This document shows positions 8,463 to 17,375 of a stretch of DNA of 64,000 nt, one piece after another; the stretch's first letter is position 1; each line of letters begins with the position of its first letter. The stretch lies in IMG/VR virus record IMGVR_UViG_3300035666_000002; one strand, 5' to 3'. The notes under the pieces were generated by a model that saw only the letters and a list, made by a program, of their open reading frames with translations, was not told the origin of the DNA and searched no databases. This stretch comes from a virus. Both the position numbers and the translations under genes were made by a program.

Positions 8463-9046
8463 CGTTTGGACTTTTTAATTCGATTAATTAATTTCACTTG
8501 TTTATCTTTAGCCATCTTTAATGCAAGAGGACCTACATGCTCAGTGTAAACTATTCCATTCATGTGGTCAAGTTCATGTTGAAAAACGTGGGCTGTAATA
8601 CCATCAAAAATTTCATTACGCAATTTTCCGGTTTCATCATTAAATTCCACTTCGATTTTCTGATATCTAGGTACATACAAAAACAAACCAGGATAAGATA
8701 AACATCCTTCTCTCATCTTAACTGGATCGCCATGCTTTTCGGTGATTCTAGGATTGAAGCAGACGATTTGCTCTTCTGGGCTACCCATAACAAAGACGCG
8801 GAACTTATAGCCACATTGATTGGCTGATAAACCTAACCCGCTATTGTCAACCATAGTTCTTTTCAGTCGCTTAATAAAGGTTTGAATTTCTGGTGTTGTA
8901 ATTTGATCAACATCGAATTCAGACAACTGCTCTGAAAGAACTTTCACATTTTCGTTAAAATTATGAAAGATAGGTAGAGGCTCAATAGGAGCCGGTTGCG
9001 TCACCCTAGTTGGTGATGTATTAATAACTAGATATTCGTCACTCAT
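8459..9046 (-). CDS. def: Peptide deformylase
   Basis: All three PDF motifs present: GLGLSANQ, EGCLS, QHELDHMNG. Confidence 0.95.
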   Translation of the reverse strand: MSDEYLVINTSPTRVTQPAPIEPLPIFHNFNENVKVLSEQLSEFDVDQITTPEIQTFIKRLKRTMVDNSGLGLSANQCGYKFRVFVMGSPEEQIVCFNPRITEKHGDPVKMREGCLSYPGLFLYVPRYQKIEVEFNDETGKLRNEIFDGITAHVFQHELDHMNGIVYTEHVGPLALKMAKDKQVKLINRIKKSKR

Positions 9047-9215
9047 CTATCCATTCCTCTGCAAAATCTTCAGCTTGTTGTTCGGTATAAAAAAATTCAG
9101 TTTTCAAAAAATTAGTTTGTTTATCGTGGCAAAGGACCATGAATCGAACACAGTCATCTACACGATATATTTTTGTGATTTTAGTATCACCATAGTATAC
9201 ACTTAACTCTATCAC
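9039..9215 (-). CDS. Small hypothetical protein (58 aa)
   Basis: Manual: GTG start overlapping the gp46 stop, (M)IELSVYYGDTK...QQAEDFAEEWIDE, stop overlapping the def start region; exactly fills the gap. Below the ORF-track cutoff. Confidence 0.65.
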   Translation of the reverse strand: MIELSVYYGDTKITKIYRVDDCVRFMVLCHDKQTNFLKTEFFYTEQQAEDFAEEWIDE

Positions 9216-10924
9216 ATTACTATCCTTGAGAAATTATTTACCTTTTCAAATCGTATCATATTCCTAAATTTGTCTTGTAAGATATCTCCTTTGTGTGAGA
9301 TAACAAACAGGTTAACATCCTCAAGCATATGCAAAATTTGCATCAAGTATTCAGTTCCATTTGTATCCAAAGAAGAATCGAAAACCTCATCTAGAATCAG
9401 AAGATTTGTATTGGCGGAGTTCTTTAACTTAGCCACAGCGCGCCAAGTCAACATCAGTGCCATGTCGATTCGCTGTTTCTCACCTTCACTGAATGAAGCA
9501 TAACTAAATTCGTCCCTATGCCTAGATTTTATTGTCTCTTTAAATGATTCATCAAGATTAAAATTAACAAAGAAATCTAAAGAAGACAAATTTTTATTCA
9601 CAAGTTTGTTTATAATAGGTAGGTATTGTTTAATAATCTTAGTTTTGATTCCAGTATCTTTCAAAAGAATCGATGCGGTTTCAAGATAATTCTTATCTTC
9701 TATAAGAGTCTTTTTTGTTTCTTCCAATACAGCAATTTCTTGTTGTATGGCTTTCAATTTAAATTCATCTTCTTCAATATCTTTTGTATCATTCTTCAGC
9801 GATTCAATTTCTTTCTTCAGTTTTTGAATATACTTCATAGACTGATTGATTGACATAGAATTGGATGCAGTTTGTATCTGTAAGTCTTGAACTTCTTTCG
9901 AGACAGAATTTATTTCTTTCAATCTATCTTGAGTAGTTTTTATCTGGAAAGATATTTGTTCAAGACCTTTTTTCAATTGATCTTCTTTTTCTTCCAATGT
10001 TTTAATTTGATCTTGTTTAAACCCTTCCTGAATGACCTGCTTACAAGTTGGGCACGAATCATTCAGACAGAAAAAATCTTTATCTTTTTTATGCTTAGAA
10101 AGATTTGTTTCAATTTTTGTTTCGTACTGAAAAAGTTTCTTCGAAGTATTTTCGGTAGTGTCTTTATCTAGAATTGAATTCTGAAGAGATAATACTTTTT
10201 CTGACAGTTCGATTCCAACTTGTTGGAGATCATTAATTTGTTTTTGTGTTGCATCAATCTCTTGCTGTTTTTTATCAATCAGATCAGTATTATTTTGCTG
10301 TAGTTTGTTTACATGTTCTTGCTGAAGTTCCAGAAGTGCTTCTTTTTTCTCTATAGAATTTCTAACAATCTGTAGCTCATCTTTGTTGTTCGAAATCTTT
10401 TCTTTCAATACATTATTCATAGTTGAAAAGATTTGAATGTCCAACAAGTCTTCAATAATCGCTCGTCTGTCAGCAGCAGAAAGTTGCATGAAAGGTGTGA
10501 ACGATGCGCTACCTAAAATTACAATTTGTGTAAATGATTTGTAATTCAGTTTCAGTATCACCTTTTCAAGGTGTTCTTGATAATCTTTTGATGCTGCATC
10601 TTGATTTAATAGATCACCATCAATATAAATTTCAAAGATGTTCGGCTTCATTCCTCGAACGATTCTGAAATCTTTACTACCAATAGAAAATTCACACTCA
10701 ACCAAACAATCTTTTTGATTGATAGAGTTGACTAACTGAGGTTTATTGATATTTCTAAATGCTTTTCCAAATAGAACAAAACACAATGCATCAAGCATTG
10801 TGGATTTACCAGCACCATTTGAGCCTACTACAAGCGTATTTGTATTACGACAGAGATTTATTTCTGTGAAGTAGTTGCCTGTAGAGAGAAAGTTTTTAAA
10901 TTTAAGAGTCTTAAAAAATATCAT
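9212..10924 (-). CDS. gp46: Recombination endonuclease subunit (Rad50/SbcC-like)
   Basis: GSNGAGKST, CPTC zinc hook, FSEGEKQRID signature, LILDEVFDSSLD, ISH. Confidence 0.97.
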   Translation of the reverse strand: MIFFKTLKFKNFLSTGNYFTEINLCRNTNTLVVGSNGAGKSTMLDALCFVLFGKAFRNINKPQLVNSINQKDCLVECEFSIGSKDFRIVRGMKPNIFEIYIDGDLLNQDAASKDYQEHLEKVILKLNYKSFTQIVILGSASFTPFMQLSAADRRAIIEDLLDIQIFSTMNNVLKEKISNNKDELQIVRNSIEKKEALLELQQEHVNKLQQNNTDLIDKKQQEIDATQKQINDLQQVGIELSEKVLSLQNSILDKDTTENTSKKLFQYETKIETNLSKHKKDKDFFCLNDSCPTCKQVIQEGFKQDQIKTLEEKEDQLKKGLEQISFQIKTTQDRLKEINSVSKEVQDLQIQTASNSMSINQSMKYIQKLKKEIESLKNDTKDIEEDEFKLKAIQQEIAVLEETKKTLIEDKNYLETASILLKDTGIKTKIIKQYLPIINKLVNKNLSSLDFFVNFNLDESFKETIKSRHRDEFSYASFSEGEKQRIDMALMLTWRAVAKLKNSANTNLLILDEVFDSSLDTNGTEYLMQILHMLEDVNLFVISHKGDILQDKFRNMIRFEKVNNFSRIVM

Positions 10925-11991
10925 TCTGTAGTTTCAATAGTCAAAGATTCAACATAAAGTTCTCGCATTAAATTTTTCAGTTTATTACCATCAATATTTA
11001 ATGATGCACCATCAATATATTTTGATAGAATCGTCATGGTATCTTCAGCTTGATCGACCAATTCTTCATCATCAGTTGATTCGAATTCCATAACGTCTTC
11101 AACAATAGACAAATCAGATACTCCCACTTTATAAAGTTCATTGACAACAGTATCAAATAGGAAAGAATTCTTTTTGTTGCAAACAACTATCTTAACATAA
11201 GTGTCTTTGTATTGCCCATAATCAAAAGACTTCCAGTGATCGAAGTCTTCTTTGCTGTCATCATAGTATATTTTATGAAACATTTTATATGGATTTTCAA
11301 CAAATGTCAAATCCCTATTTTCAGTGTCGAAAACGTGAAAGCCTCTTCTATCTCCTTGATCAGCCCAAGTAATTTCATATTGATTGCCCAAATAATAAAC
11401 GGTGCCGTCATTTGACTTATGGTGAAAATGACCAGAAAGAACCAGATCAAATCTATCGAAAACATTTCGTTCTATCCCTGTATGGCAAATATTGCCTCTG
11501 TCCATTTCGAAACCGGATATCTCAAAGTGCCCAAAAACAACTTGACTTTTTGTATTCTCAAGAAATCGCATCGACTCTTCGTAATTGGAAGAATTGATCC
11601 AAGGCACTAGAGAGATTGAAAGATCATCATAGTTTTTATCTAGAGGTGAAATATAAACATTGATGTTATCATAATGATTGAACAATTCGTGTATTGCATT
11701 TATTTCATTGGTATTTTTGTATGTTACATCATGATTGCCAACAATTACATCCATAGTTATGTTTTCACGAACCAGCACATCAAAAAATCTTTTTCTCCAT
11801 TGATTCAGTATCACATAGTTAATAAATTTTCTTCTATCAACAACATCACCCAAATGAACGATATGTTTGATGTTATGCTCTTTCAAATAAGGAAAGAATA
11901 CATTTTCCCAAAACTTGAAGAAAAATTCATTAAACAAGAGGCTGTCTCCTCTCGCTCCAGCATGAGTATCATTTATAAGTGCAATTCGCAT
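10921..11991 (-). CDS. gp47: Recombination endonuclease subunit (Mre11/SbcD-like)
   Basis: DTH, GDVVDRR, GNHD, GHFE, SGHFH metallophosphoesterase motifs. Confidence 0.97.
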   Translation of the reverse strand: MRIALINDTHAGARGDSLLFNEFFFKFWENVFFPYLKEHNIKHIVHLGDVVDRRKFINYVILNQWRKRFFDVLVRENITMDVIVGNHDVTYKNTNEINAIHELFNHYDNINVYISPLDKNYDDLSISLVPWINSSNYEESMRFLENTKSQVVFGHFEISGFEMDRGNICHTGIERNVFDRFDLVLSGHFHHKSNDGTVYYLGNQYEITWADQGDRRGFHVFDTENRDLTFVENPYKMFHKIYYDDSKEDFDHWKSFDYGQYKDTYVKIVVCNKKNSFLFDTVVNELYKVGVSDLSIVEDVMEFESTDDEELVDQAEDTMTILSKYIDGASLNIDGNKLKNLMRELYVESLTIETTE

Positions 11992-11997
11992 TAATAC

Positions 11998-12426
11998 TTA
12001 CCATTTATCTTTAATAGATTCAGCTTCTTGTACACGTTTGCGAAGTTCGGTTGTAGAGAAACTGTGTCTTCTTTTATTATAGAAGATCGGCATATTCATT
12101 TCTTTCCCGGTAAAAGTTTTATCCCGATATTCTTCACCAACAATTCTAACATCAATTGGATAAGAATTCAAGATGTCTATGAGGTCTTTTTCCGTAGCAT
12201 ATACAACAATTTCATCAATATACTTGCAAGCCTGAAGTTGAACGTATCTTTCAAATATTGATTGTATAGGTTTGTTCTTTTCTGACCTGTCCAATGTTGG
12301 ATCGGTTTGCAATCCAACAATCAGATAATCACATTGTTCTTTTGCATCTTTTAACATCATGATATGCCCAGCATGAAATAAATCAAATGTTGAGCAAGTG
12401 AATCCTACTTTCAAATCATCCTTCAT
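11998..12426 (-). CDS. TagD-like cytidylyltransferase
   Basis: TFDLFHAGH (HxGH), LIVGLQTD, RRHSFSTTELR. Confidence 0.85.
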   Translation of the reverse strand: MKDDLKVGFTCSTFDLFHAGHIMMLKDAKEQCDYLIVGLQTDPTLDRSEKNKPIQSIFERYVQLQACKYIDEIVVYATEKDLIDILNSYPIDVRIVGEEYRDKTFTGKEMNMPIFYNKRRHSFSTTELRKRVQEAESIKDKW

Positions 12427-12961
12427 TTGTTAGTTCTTCTTCAAAAAATTGTTCTAGACCTTTTTTGTTTTTCTTTTTGTTTCTTTTCTTCTCTTCAAAA
12501 TTGTGAATGAATTCGGAAATGTTATCGTAGATTACGAATTGTTTCATATTTCCATCAGAGTCTTCATAAAGCTCACCCTCATCCAAAATACCAAATTGTT
12601 CCGTCGCCTTATACTTCACATACATCTGCTTCTTTTCTTTTTGAATCCTACGAAGAAAAGCATAATAAATTATCTGTGTAAAGTAGGCAAAAGGATTGTT
12701 AGATTTTGTTGGGTCAAAATTTCTAAAATACATAATGCAATTTTCGATGCCATCACAAATCATTTCTTCTCTAAATGAGTATGAGATAAAGTTCGGTTTT
12801 CTGGAAAGATGTTCAGCAATCTTCAGAAAACATTCACCGATATAGTTGGGTACAATAGGTTCATTTTTATTTTCTTTCTTTGCTGTGTCACAATCTTCTT
12901 TGTACTTGATTAGAGCATTTAAAAAATCTTCATTGTTGACGTAGTGTTTACTTTTTGTCAT
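12416..12961 (-). CDS. gp55: Late transcription sigma factor
   Basis: HYVNNEDFL...YIGECFLKIAEHLS.KPNFI.Y...DGIENC...NPFAYFTQIIYYAFLRRIQKEKKQ. Confidence 0.97.
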   Translation of the reverse strand: MTKSKHYVNNEDFLNALIKYKEDCDTAKKENKNEPIVPNYIGECFLKIAEHLSRKPNFISYSFREEMICDGIENCIMYFRNFDPTKSNNPFAYFTQIIYYAFLRRIQKEKKQMYVKYKATEQFGILDEGELYEDSDGNMKQFVIYDNISEFIHNFEEKKRNKKKNKKGLEQFFEEELTNEG

Positions 12962-12983
12962 TCATTACTTCCTATTATTTTGC

Positions 12984-13012
12984 TTGACAAGAGCCAGGCA
13001 TAGACATATAAT
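12984..13012 (+). promoter_or_regulatory. Perfect sigma70 consensus promoter, antisense to the uvsY-uvsW operon
   Basis: Plus strand TTGACA-17 nt-TATAAT in the intergenic gap upstream of gp55. Confidence 0.75.
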
Positions 13013-13032
13013 GCTGGTGTCCAAGCTTGAGA

Positions 13033-13446
13033 TTAATGTAAGGTATGTCCTTTAGAAGTTTCTTCTACTTCTAGCAATTCTTCCTCATCGTATTCTTCTT
13101 CTGAGAGTGCATCTTTTTGATCAAGAAGAGATGTGTCAATCAGCTTTTCATTCATTTTAATAATTTCATTACACTCATCAACTGCTGATAGATAATATTC
13201 AACTAATGAACTCTTTGGTTCAAAAATAGAAACGATCCTATGTGCGTGTATTTTAGCAGAGTTGATTTTCAAAAGTTCAGCAGGCATCCAAGGGCTCATC
13301 ATGACCATAGATTTACCTGGAGTAATTCTTTTAAAGAAAAGAGTCATCGGGTTATTCATCACAATGGTGTCCGTTTCTTCCTCAATTTGATACGAAGTAA
13401 TGATATCTTCTCCATCTTCAAGCCTTATTATTTTTATATTATCCAT
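13033..13446 (-). CDS. Conserved T4-like hypothetical protein (possible Sm-like fold, acidic tail)
   Basis: IKIIRLEDGEDII...NPM...SPW pattern; usual position between uvsW and gp55. Confidence 0.7.
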   Translation of the reverse strand: MDNIKIIRLEDGEDIITSYQIEEETDTIVMNNPMTLFFKRITPGKSMVMMSPWMPAELLKINSAKIHAHRIVSIFEPKSSLVEYYLSAVDECNEIIKMNEKLIDTSLLDQKDALSEEEYDEEELLEVEETSKGHTLH

Positions 13447-14902
13447 GTTTTAACTCGATGTTATAGAACTTATAATTAAACTTCTCTTCATCATATATTT
13501 TAACTCTTTCTATAAAATGATTCAAGGTAAAATTCGTATGTTTACCTACTCTTAAATCATCCGCAATGTCAAATAAAGTTGCAACTTCTTTGTTATCTCC
13601 TTTTCTGAGACCTCTTCCTATTGATTGAAGGTTTCTGATTCTGGATTTTGAAGGTGAAGCAAAAATAACATTGTGGAGATTTCGAATGTTAATTCCGGTA
13701 CTAAACGTTCCGTAAGAAGCAATGATGATTGCATCATTTTGTTTTTCAGTAATTGCTCTTATGGATTCGCGAGTATCGACTTCCGTTCCTCCGTAGATGA
13801 AGAAAACTTTTCTATCTTTAGCTTCTGTTTCGACAATACTAAACAGTTGTTTTCCTTGCTTCTCAACAAACTGAAACAGAACTAATGAATTACCTTGAAG
13901 AGATAAAACAAGATTCTTAATGAAGTTGTTTCTGTGAGCATTCATTACTATGTATTCTATCTCTTTTTGATAGTCCCACTTTCTGCTTTGTTGACAAATA
14001 TCTTCTGGATATTTCAATATCAAACATTTAATTTTAAAATCAGATAAAACTTTATTGTCGATCAATTCTTTTGTTGTCGTTACTTTGAAAGTTGGACCAA
14101 ACAAACCTTCTAGAACAAGCTTGTGCGTTTTAGTTCCATCAAGAGTTCCTGTGCAACCAATTCTATACCTTGCGTTTAGAAGTCCGGTCATGATTGTTGC
14201 TAGTGATTTCGCTTTAAATTGATGTGCTTCATCACCCAAAACAAAATCAAATTGTTCGAAGTAAGATTTGTCCAGATTGTAAATAGACTGCCAAGTTGTA
14301 ATTGTTAGAAATTTGTTTGTGTGTTTTTCTTTTCCGGAATATTGACGATGACAAAATGATTCGACATCGTATCCATAGGATTTAAAATCAGTATACATTT
14401 GTTCCACTAGAGATGTTGTAGGAACAATTAGTAGACCTTTATTGCATTGCTGCTGAATGTATCGTACAATCAGATATTGTATGAATGATTTACCAGATGC
14501 GGTTGGTGATAAAAGTAATATTCTTCTACTTCTTATTGCTTGAACAAAAGCGACCTTCTGATAATCTTTTGGCTGAAAAGGTATGTTTAGAGTTGATATA
14601 AACTCTTCTGCTTCTTTTAATGAAAAATTTTCTTCTAACTCAACATTCTTATCAAACGTGACACTATATTTTCTATCAGAGCAGAATTTTTTGATGTATG
14701 GAACTAATCCATAATAAATTTGATTAGTTTTTAAATCAAATAAACGTATTTTTCCGTCCCACAATTTATTTCTATAAGCAGGAACAAATTGATAACCTGG
14801 GACTTGAAACGTGAAGTAGTCTGAGATTTCTTGGCTCGTACTACGTTCACATTCTAATTTGATGAAAGCTTCATTTACTTTCGTTACAGTAACATCATAC
14901 AC
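13439..14902 (-). CDS. uvsW: RNA-DNA/DNA helicase
   Basis: WDGKIRLF, SPTASGKS, DEAH, TGT, QSIGRGLR SF2 motifs. Confidence 0.97.
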   Translation of the reverse strand: MYDVTVTKVNEAFIKLECERSTSQEISDYFTFQVPGYQFVPAYRNKLWDGKIRLFDLKTNQIYYGLVPYIKKFCSDRKYSVTFDKNVELEENFSLKEAEEFISTLNIPFQPKDYQKVAFVQAIRSRRILLLSPTASGKSFIQYLIVRYIQQQCNKGLLIVPTTSLVEQMYTDFKSYGYDVESFCHRQYSGKEKHTNKFLTITTWQSIYNLDKSYFEQFDFVLGDEAHQFKAKSLATIMTGLLNARYRIGCTGTLDGTKTHKLVLEGLFGPTFKVTTTKELIDNKVLSDFKIKCLILKYPEDICQQSRKWDYQKEIEYIVMNAHRNNFIKNLVLSLQGNSLVLFQFVEKQGKQLFSIVETEAKDRKVFFIYGGTEVDTRESIRAITEKQNDAIIIASYGTFSTGINIRNLHNVIFASPSKSRIRNLQSIGRGLRKGDNKEVATLFDIADDLRVGKHTNFTLNHFIERVKIYDEEKFNYKFYNIELKHG

Positions 14903-15329
14903 CTTGAATAAATCTTTCCCATTCTATAAATGATCTAAGTTGAAATGTCCTACTATGTAGTTCTTTCAGGATCATCTCACAGCAACTAACGATCTCGTCA
15001 TGTAATGTTTTGTTTGCAATACATTTTTGAATATCGACATCACCTTCAAGATAAGTTGATATGTCACTTTTCAAGACAAATGGAAATTGATCCCATCCGA
15101 ACTTTTTCAAGTCCTCATGGCTCATTTTACCTGAATAGTATTCCCACTTTGTTCTCTTCATTTGATTGTATTTAAACTCCGCTTCTTTCGACAAAAGTTT
15201 GTGTCTCGAAAGAATGTTTAGATATTTGCTATGAAGTTTGGGAATATCAAGAAGTGCTTTACCAGGTTCGGTTCTATCAATTTGACTGTCTTTTTCCCAC
15301 TCAGACATCAATTCATCAAGTTTAGACAT
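14895..15329 (-). CDS. uvsY: Recombination mediator protein
   Basis: WEKDSQID...IPKLHSKYL...KWEYYSGK...IEWERFIQG. Confidence 0.92.
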   Translation of the reverse strand: MSKLDELMSEWEKDSQIDRTEPGKALLDIPKLHSKYLNILSRHKLLSKEAEFKYNQMKRTKWEYYSGKMSHEDLKKFGWDQFPFVLKSDISTYLEGDVDIQKCIANKTLHDEIVSCCEMILKELHSRTFQLRSFIEWERFIQGV

Positions 15330-15347
15330 AATAATCCTCCTAGACGG

Positions 15348-15376
15348 AGTATATACTAATCAAAAAAGTTTTTCAA
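15348..15376 (-). promoter_or_regulatory. Sigma70 promoter for uvsY-uvsW
   Basis: TTGAAA-17 nt-TATACT followed by a GGAGG RBS. Confidence 0.6.
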
Positions 15377-15896
15377 TATTAAAATAGGTATATCTGAATG
15401 ATGCGTCTGCGGTGATAACACTTTCTGGTGTGTCTTGGGTAGACAACATGAAAGATGATAGTGATGTTGGGAAAACGTTGTAAAACTTAAAACGATAGTA
15501 TGGAGTAAACGACGAAGAATATATCGTTAAAGTTGCATCTGAAAATTGAGGTGTAACTGGATTACTAAACTTGGAAAGTTTATCTAAGTTGGCATACTCT
15601 TCAAAGTTTTCTGGAAAAGTCATACCTCGAATCCAATCATGAATTTCTACCCACGAACGCATTTCTTCATCCATCGCAAAGGTAACATTCAGAATATCAT
15701 AGATTGCTTTTTCACCTGGAGAGTACATTTCAACAAAAGGTGTGGCAATAGGTATTTCACCTAATGATAAACCAGGAACACTCACCATTTGACAAAAGAA
15801 TTCCATATTAGGAATCCTTTTAAATGACAAATGAAACTTATTAGGGTGTAAAAAGTTTTGATTTGTTGGTGTTGTAGATAGTGCGGTATTAGCCAT
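15360..15896 (-). CDS. gp3: Tail completion / tube terminator
   Basis: NFLHPNKF...EFFCQ..SVPG...DEEM..W.EIHDWI...SDATL...FPTSLS (gp19-like fold). Confidence 0.9.
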   Translation of the reverse strand: MANTALSTTPTNQNFLHPNKFHLSFKRIPNMEFFCQMVSVPGLSLGEIPIATPFVEMYSPGEKAIYDILNVTFAMDEEMRSWVEIHDWIRGMTFPENFEEYANLDKLSKFSNPVTPQFSDATLTIYSSSFTPYYRFKFYNVFPTSLSSFMLSTQDTPESVITADASFRYTYFNIEKLF

Positions 15897-15920
15897 ATTT
15901 TATATAGTTTGATATATCTT

Positions 15921-15928
15921 TATTTATG
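15921..15928 (-). promoter_or_regulatory. T4-type late promoter variant (CATAAATA) for gp3
   Basis: NATAAATA immediately after the gp23 terminator. Confidence 0.65.
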
Positions 15929-15931
15929 TAT

Positions 15932-15964
15932 AAAAAAAGAGGAGAATCTTTCGACTCTCCTCTT
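15932..15964 (-). terminator. Intrinsic terminator after gp23
   Basis: AAGAGGAGAGTC-GAAA-GATTCTCCTCTT followed by a T run. Confidence 0.9.
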
Positions 15965-16006
15965 AAAGGGCAGAACCCTAACTTCTATCTCTCTAAGGAG
16001 ATTTAA

Positions 16007-17353
16007 TTACATAAGATTTGCGATCTTGAATGCTCTGTAGTAGTTGTTGCTTGTTACAGTAAGAGCACCGTTGCCTTGTGTAGTACCTTCAGCAAATGGG
16101 TTAGCAACTAGACCATAACGTGTCTTAAAGCCGATCTTTGGCTGGAAGGTGTTAGTGTCAACAGCGCGAACCATTTGTAGAGGAACGTATGGGCAGTAGA
16201 AAAGACCTGCGTCATAAGCATTCGAACCTTTGAAGCCGATGACTGCAAACTCAGATGTTGAACCTGTTGGGAAGTATGGGTCGATGTAGACCTTGATACG
16301 ACCGAAGAGAGTACCAGCAAATGTGTTGCCTGTATCATCAACTGTTAGGCTAACTTGCCCACCAAGAGCAGAGTTGTAATCAAGAATACCAGCCATTGCA
16401 AGAGCCGATGCTACGTCTGACGAGCAGATCATAACATTACCTTTACCACGACGAGTCAACTTAGCGATTTGATTAGCTTCACGCTCGATTTGGAATGCAA
16501 GACCTTTAACTTTCTCAACCATCCAACGACCATTTGAATCTGTGTCTAGGTCGAATGTACCAACAGTTGTTGTACCAACTTTACATCCAACTTTTGCAAC
16601 AGTGTAAATGGTGCGAAGAACTTCACGATTGATCTCAGCAAGAATTTCTGAAGAAAGAATATTGCTGAGTTCTGTTTCTGCGTCAAGACCGTGAACTGCT
16701 TTAAGGTCTTGTGCAAGTTCCATCGAATACTCTGCTTTAAGAGCGCGTGTCTTAGCAGTAACGGTAACTTTTTCAATGCTGAAACCCATCTCGTTAGGTG
16801 TCAAACCTTCAGCAACAGCAGTGGCCATGGCACCAACGGTGTTAGCATCAAACACGCCGTATGGGCGATCCGATGTTGAAGCCTTCATTGCAAGAGATTG
16901 CTGACCAGAAGCAGATGCAGCACCAGAATGTGCAGTATTAGCTTCATTGTAGAAAGCTTCTTGACCGAATACACTGGCTGTAGCAGTACGGTCTGTGCCG
17001 TATGTAGTACGCATTGCGAAGATCATGCCTGTAGGACCAGTCATAGGCTGAACACCGCAAACGTCATAAGCGATAAGGTTAGGAAGCGAACGACGAACCA
17101 AGCTGATAAGGATTGGGTCGAAACCGGCAACAGGACCTGCATTCTGAGCATCAGCACCACCGAAACCGCCTGTACCAGCAGAGTTGGTTGGAGCAGCTTC
17201 AGTAATAACGCCTGCTTCTTTTGCCATTGCTTGAATTTGGTTTTCAAGAACGACAGCGGTAACTGCGCGTTTGTAAGGATCGGTGATCTTTGGAAGATCA
17301 GCGTGTTCTAGGACCGGAGCCCATTTCTTTTGAAGTTGTTCGGAAAGATACAT
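16007..17353 (-). CDS. gp23: Major capsid protein
   Basis: FDPILISLVRR..PNLIAYDVCGVQPMTGPTGMIFAMR; RALKAEYSMELAQDLKAVHGLDAE; YCPYVPL; QPKIGFKTRYG. Confidence 0.99.
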   Translation of the reverse strand: MYLSEQLQKKWAPVLEHADLPKITDPYKRAVTAVVLENQIQAMAKEAGVITEAAPTNSAGTGGFGGADAQNAGPVAGFDPILISLVRRSLPNLIAYDVCGVQPMTGPTGMIFAMRTTYGTDRTATASVFGQEAFYNEANTAHSGAASASGQQSLAMKASTSDRPYGVFDANTVGAMATAVAEGLTPNEMGFSIEKVTVTAKTRALKAEYSMELAQDLKAVHGLDAETELSNILSSEILAEINREVLRTIYTVAKVGCKVGTTTVGTFDLDTDSNGRWMVEKVKGLAFQIEREANQIAKLTRRGKGNVMICSSDVASALAMAGILDYNSALGGQVSLTVDDTGNTFAGTLFGRIKVYIDPYFPTGSTSEFAVIGFKGSNAYDAGLFYCPYVPLQMVRAVDTNTFQPKIGFKTRYGLVANPFAEGTTQGNGALTVTSNNYYRAFKIANLM

Positions 17354-17375
17354 CTAAATCTCCTTGTTTTTTTAA

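Noticed and set aside
15330-15350. Hairpin CTCC-GTCTA-GGAG occluding the uvsY RBS in read-through transcripts
   Set aside because: Only a 4 bp stem; too weak to support without folding and conservation data.
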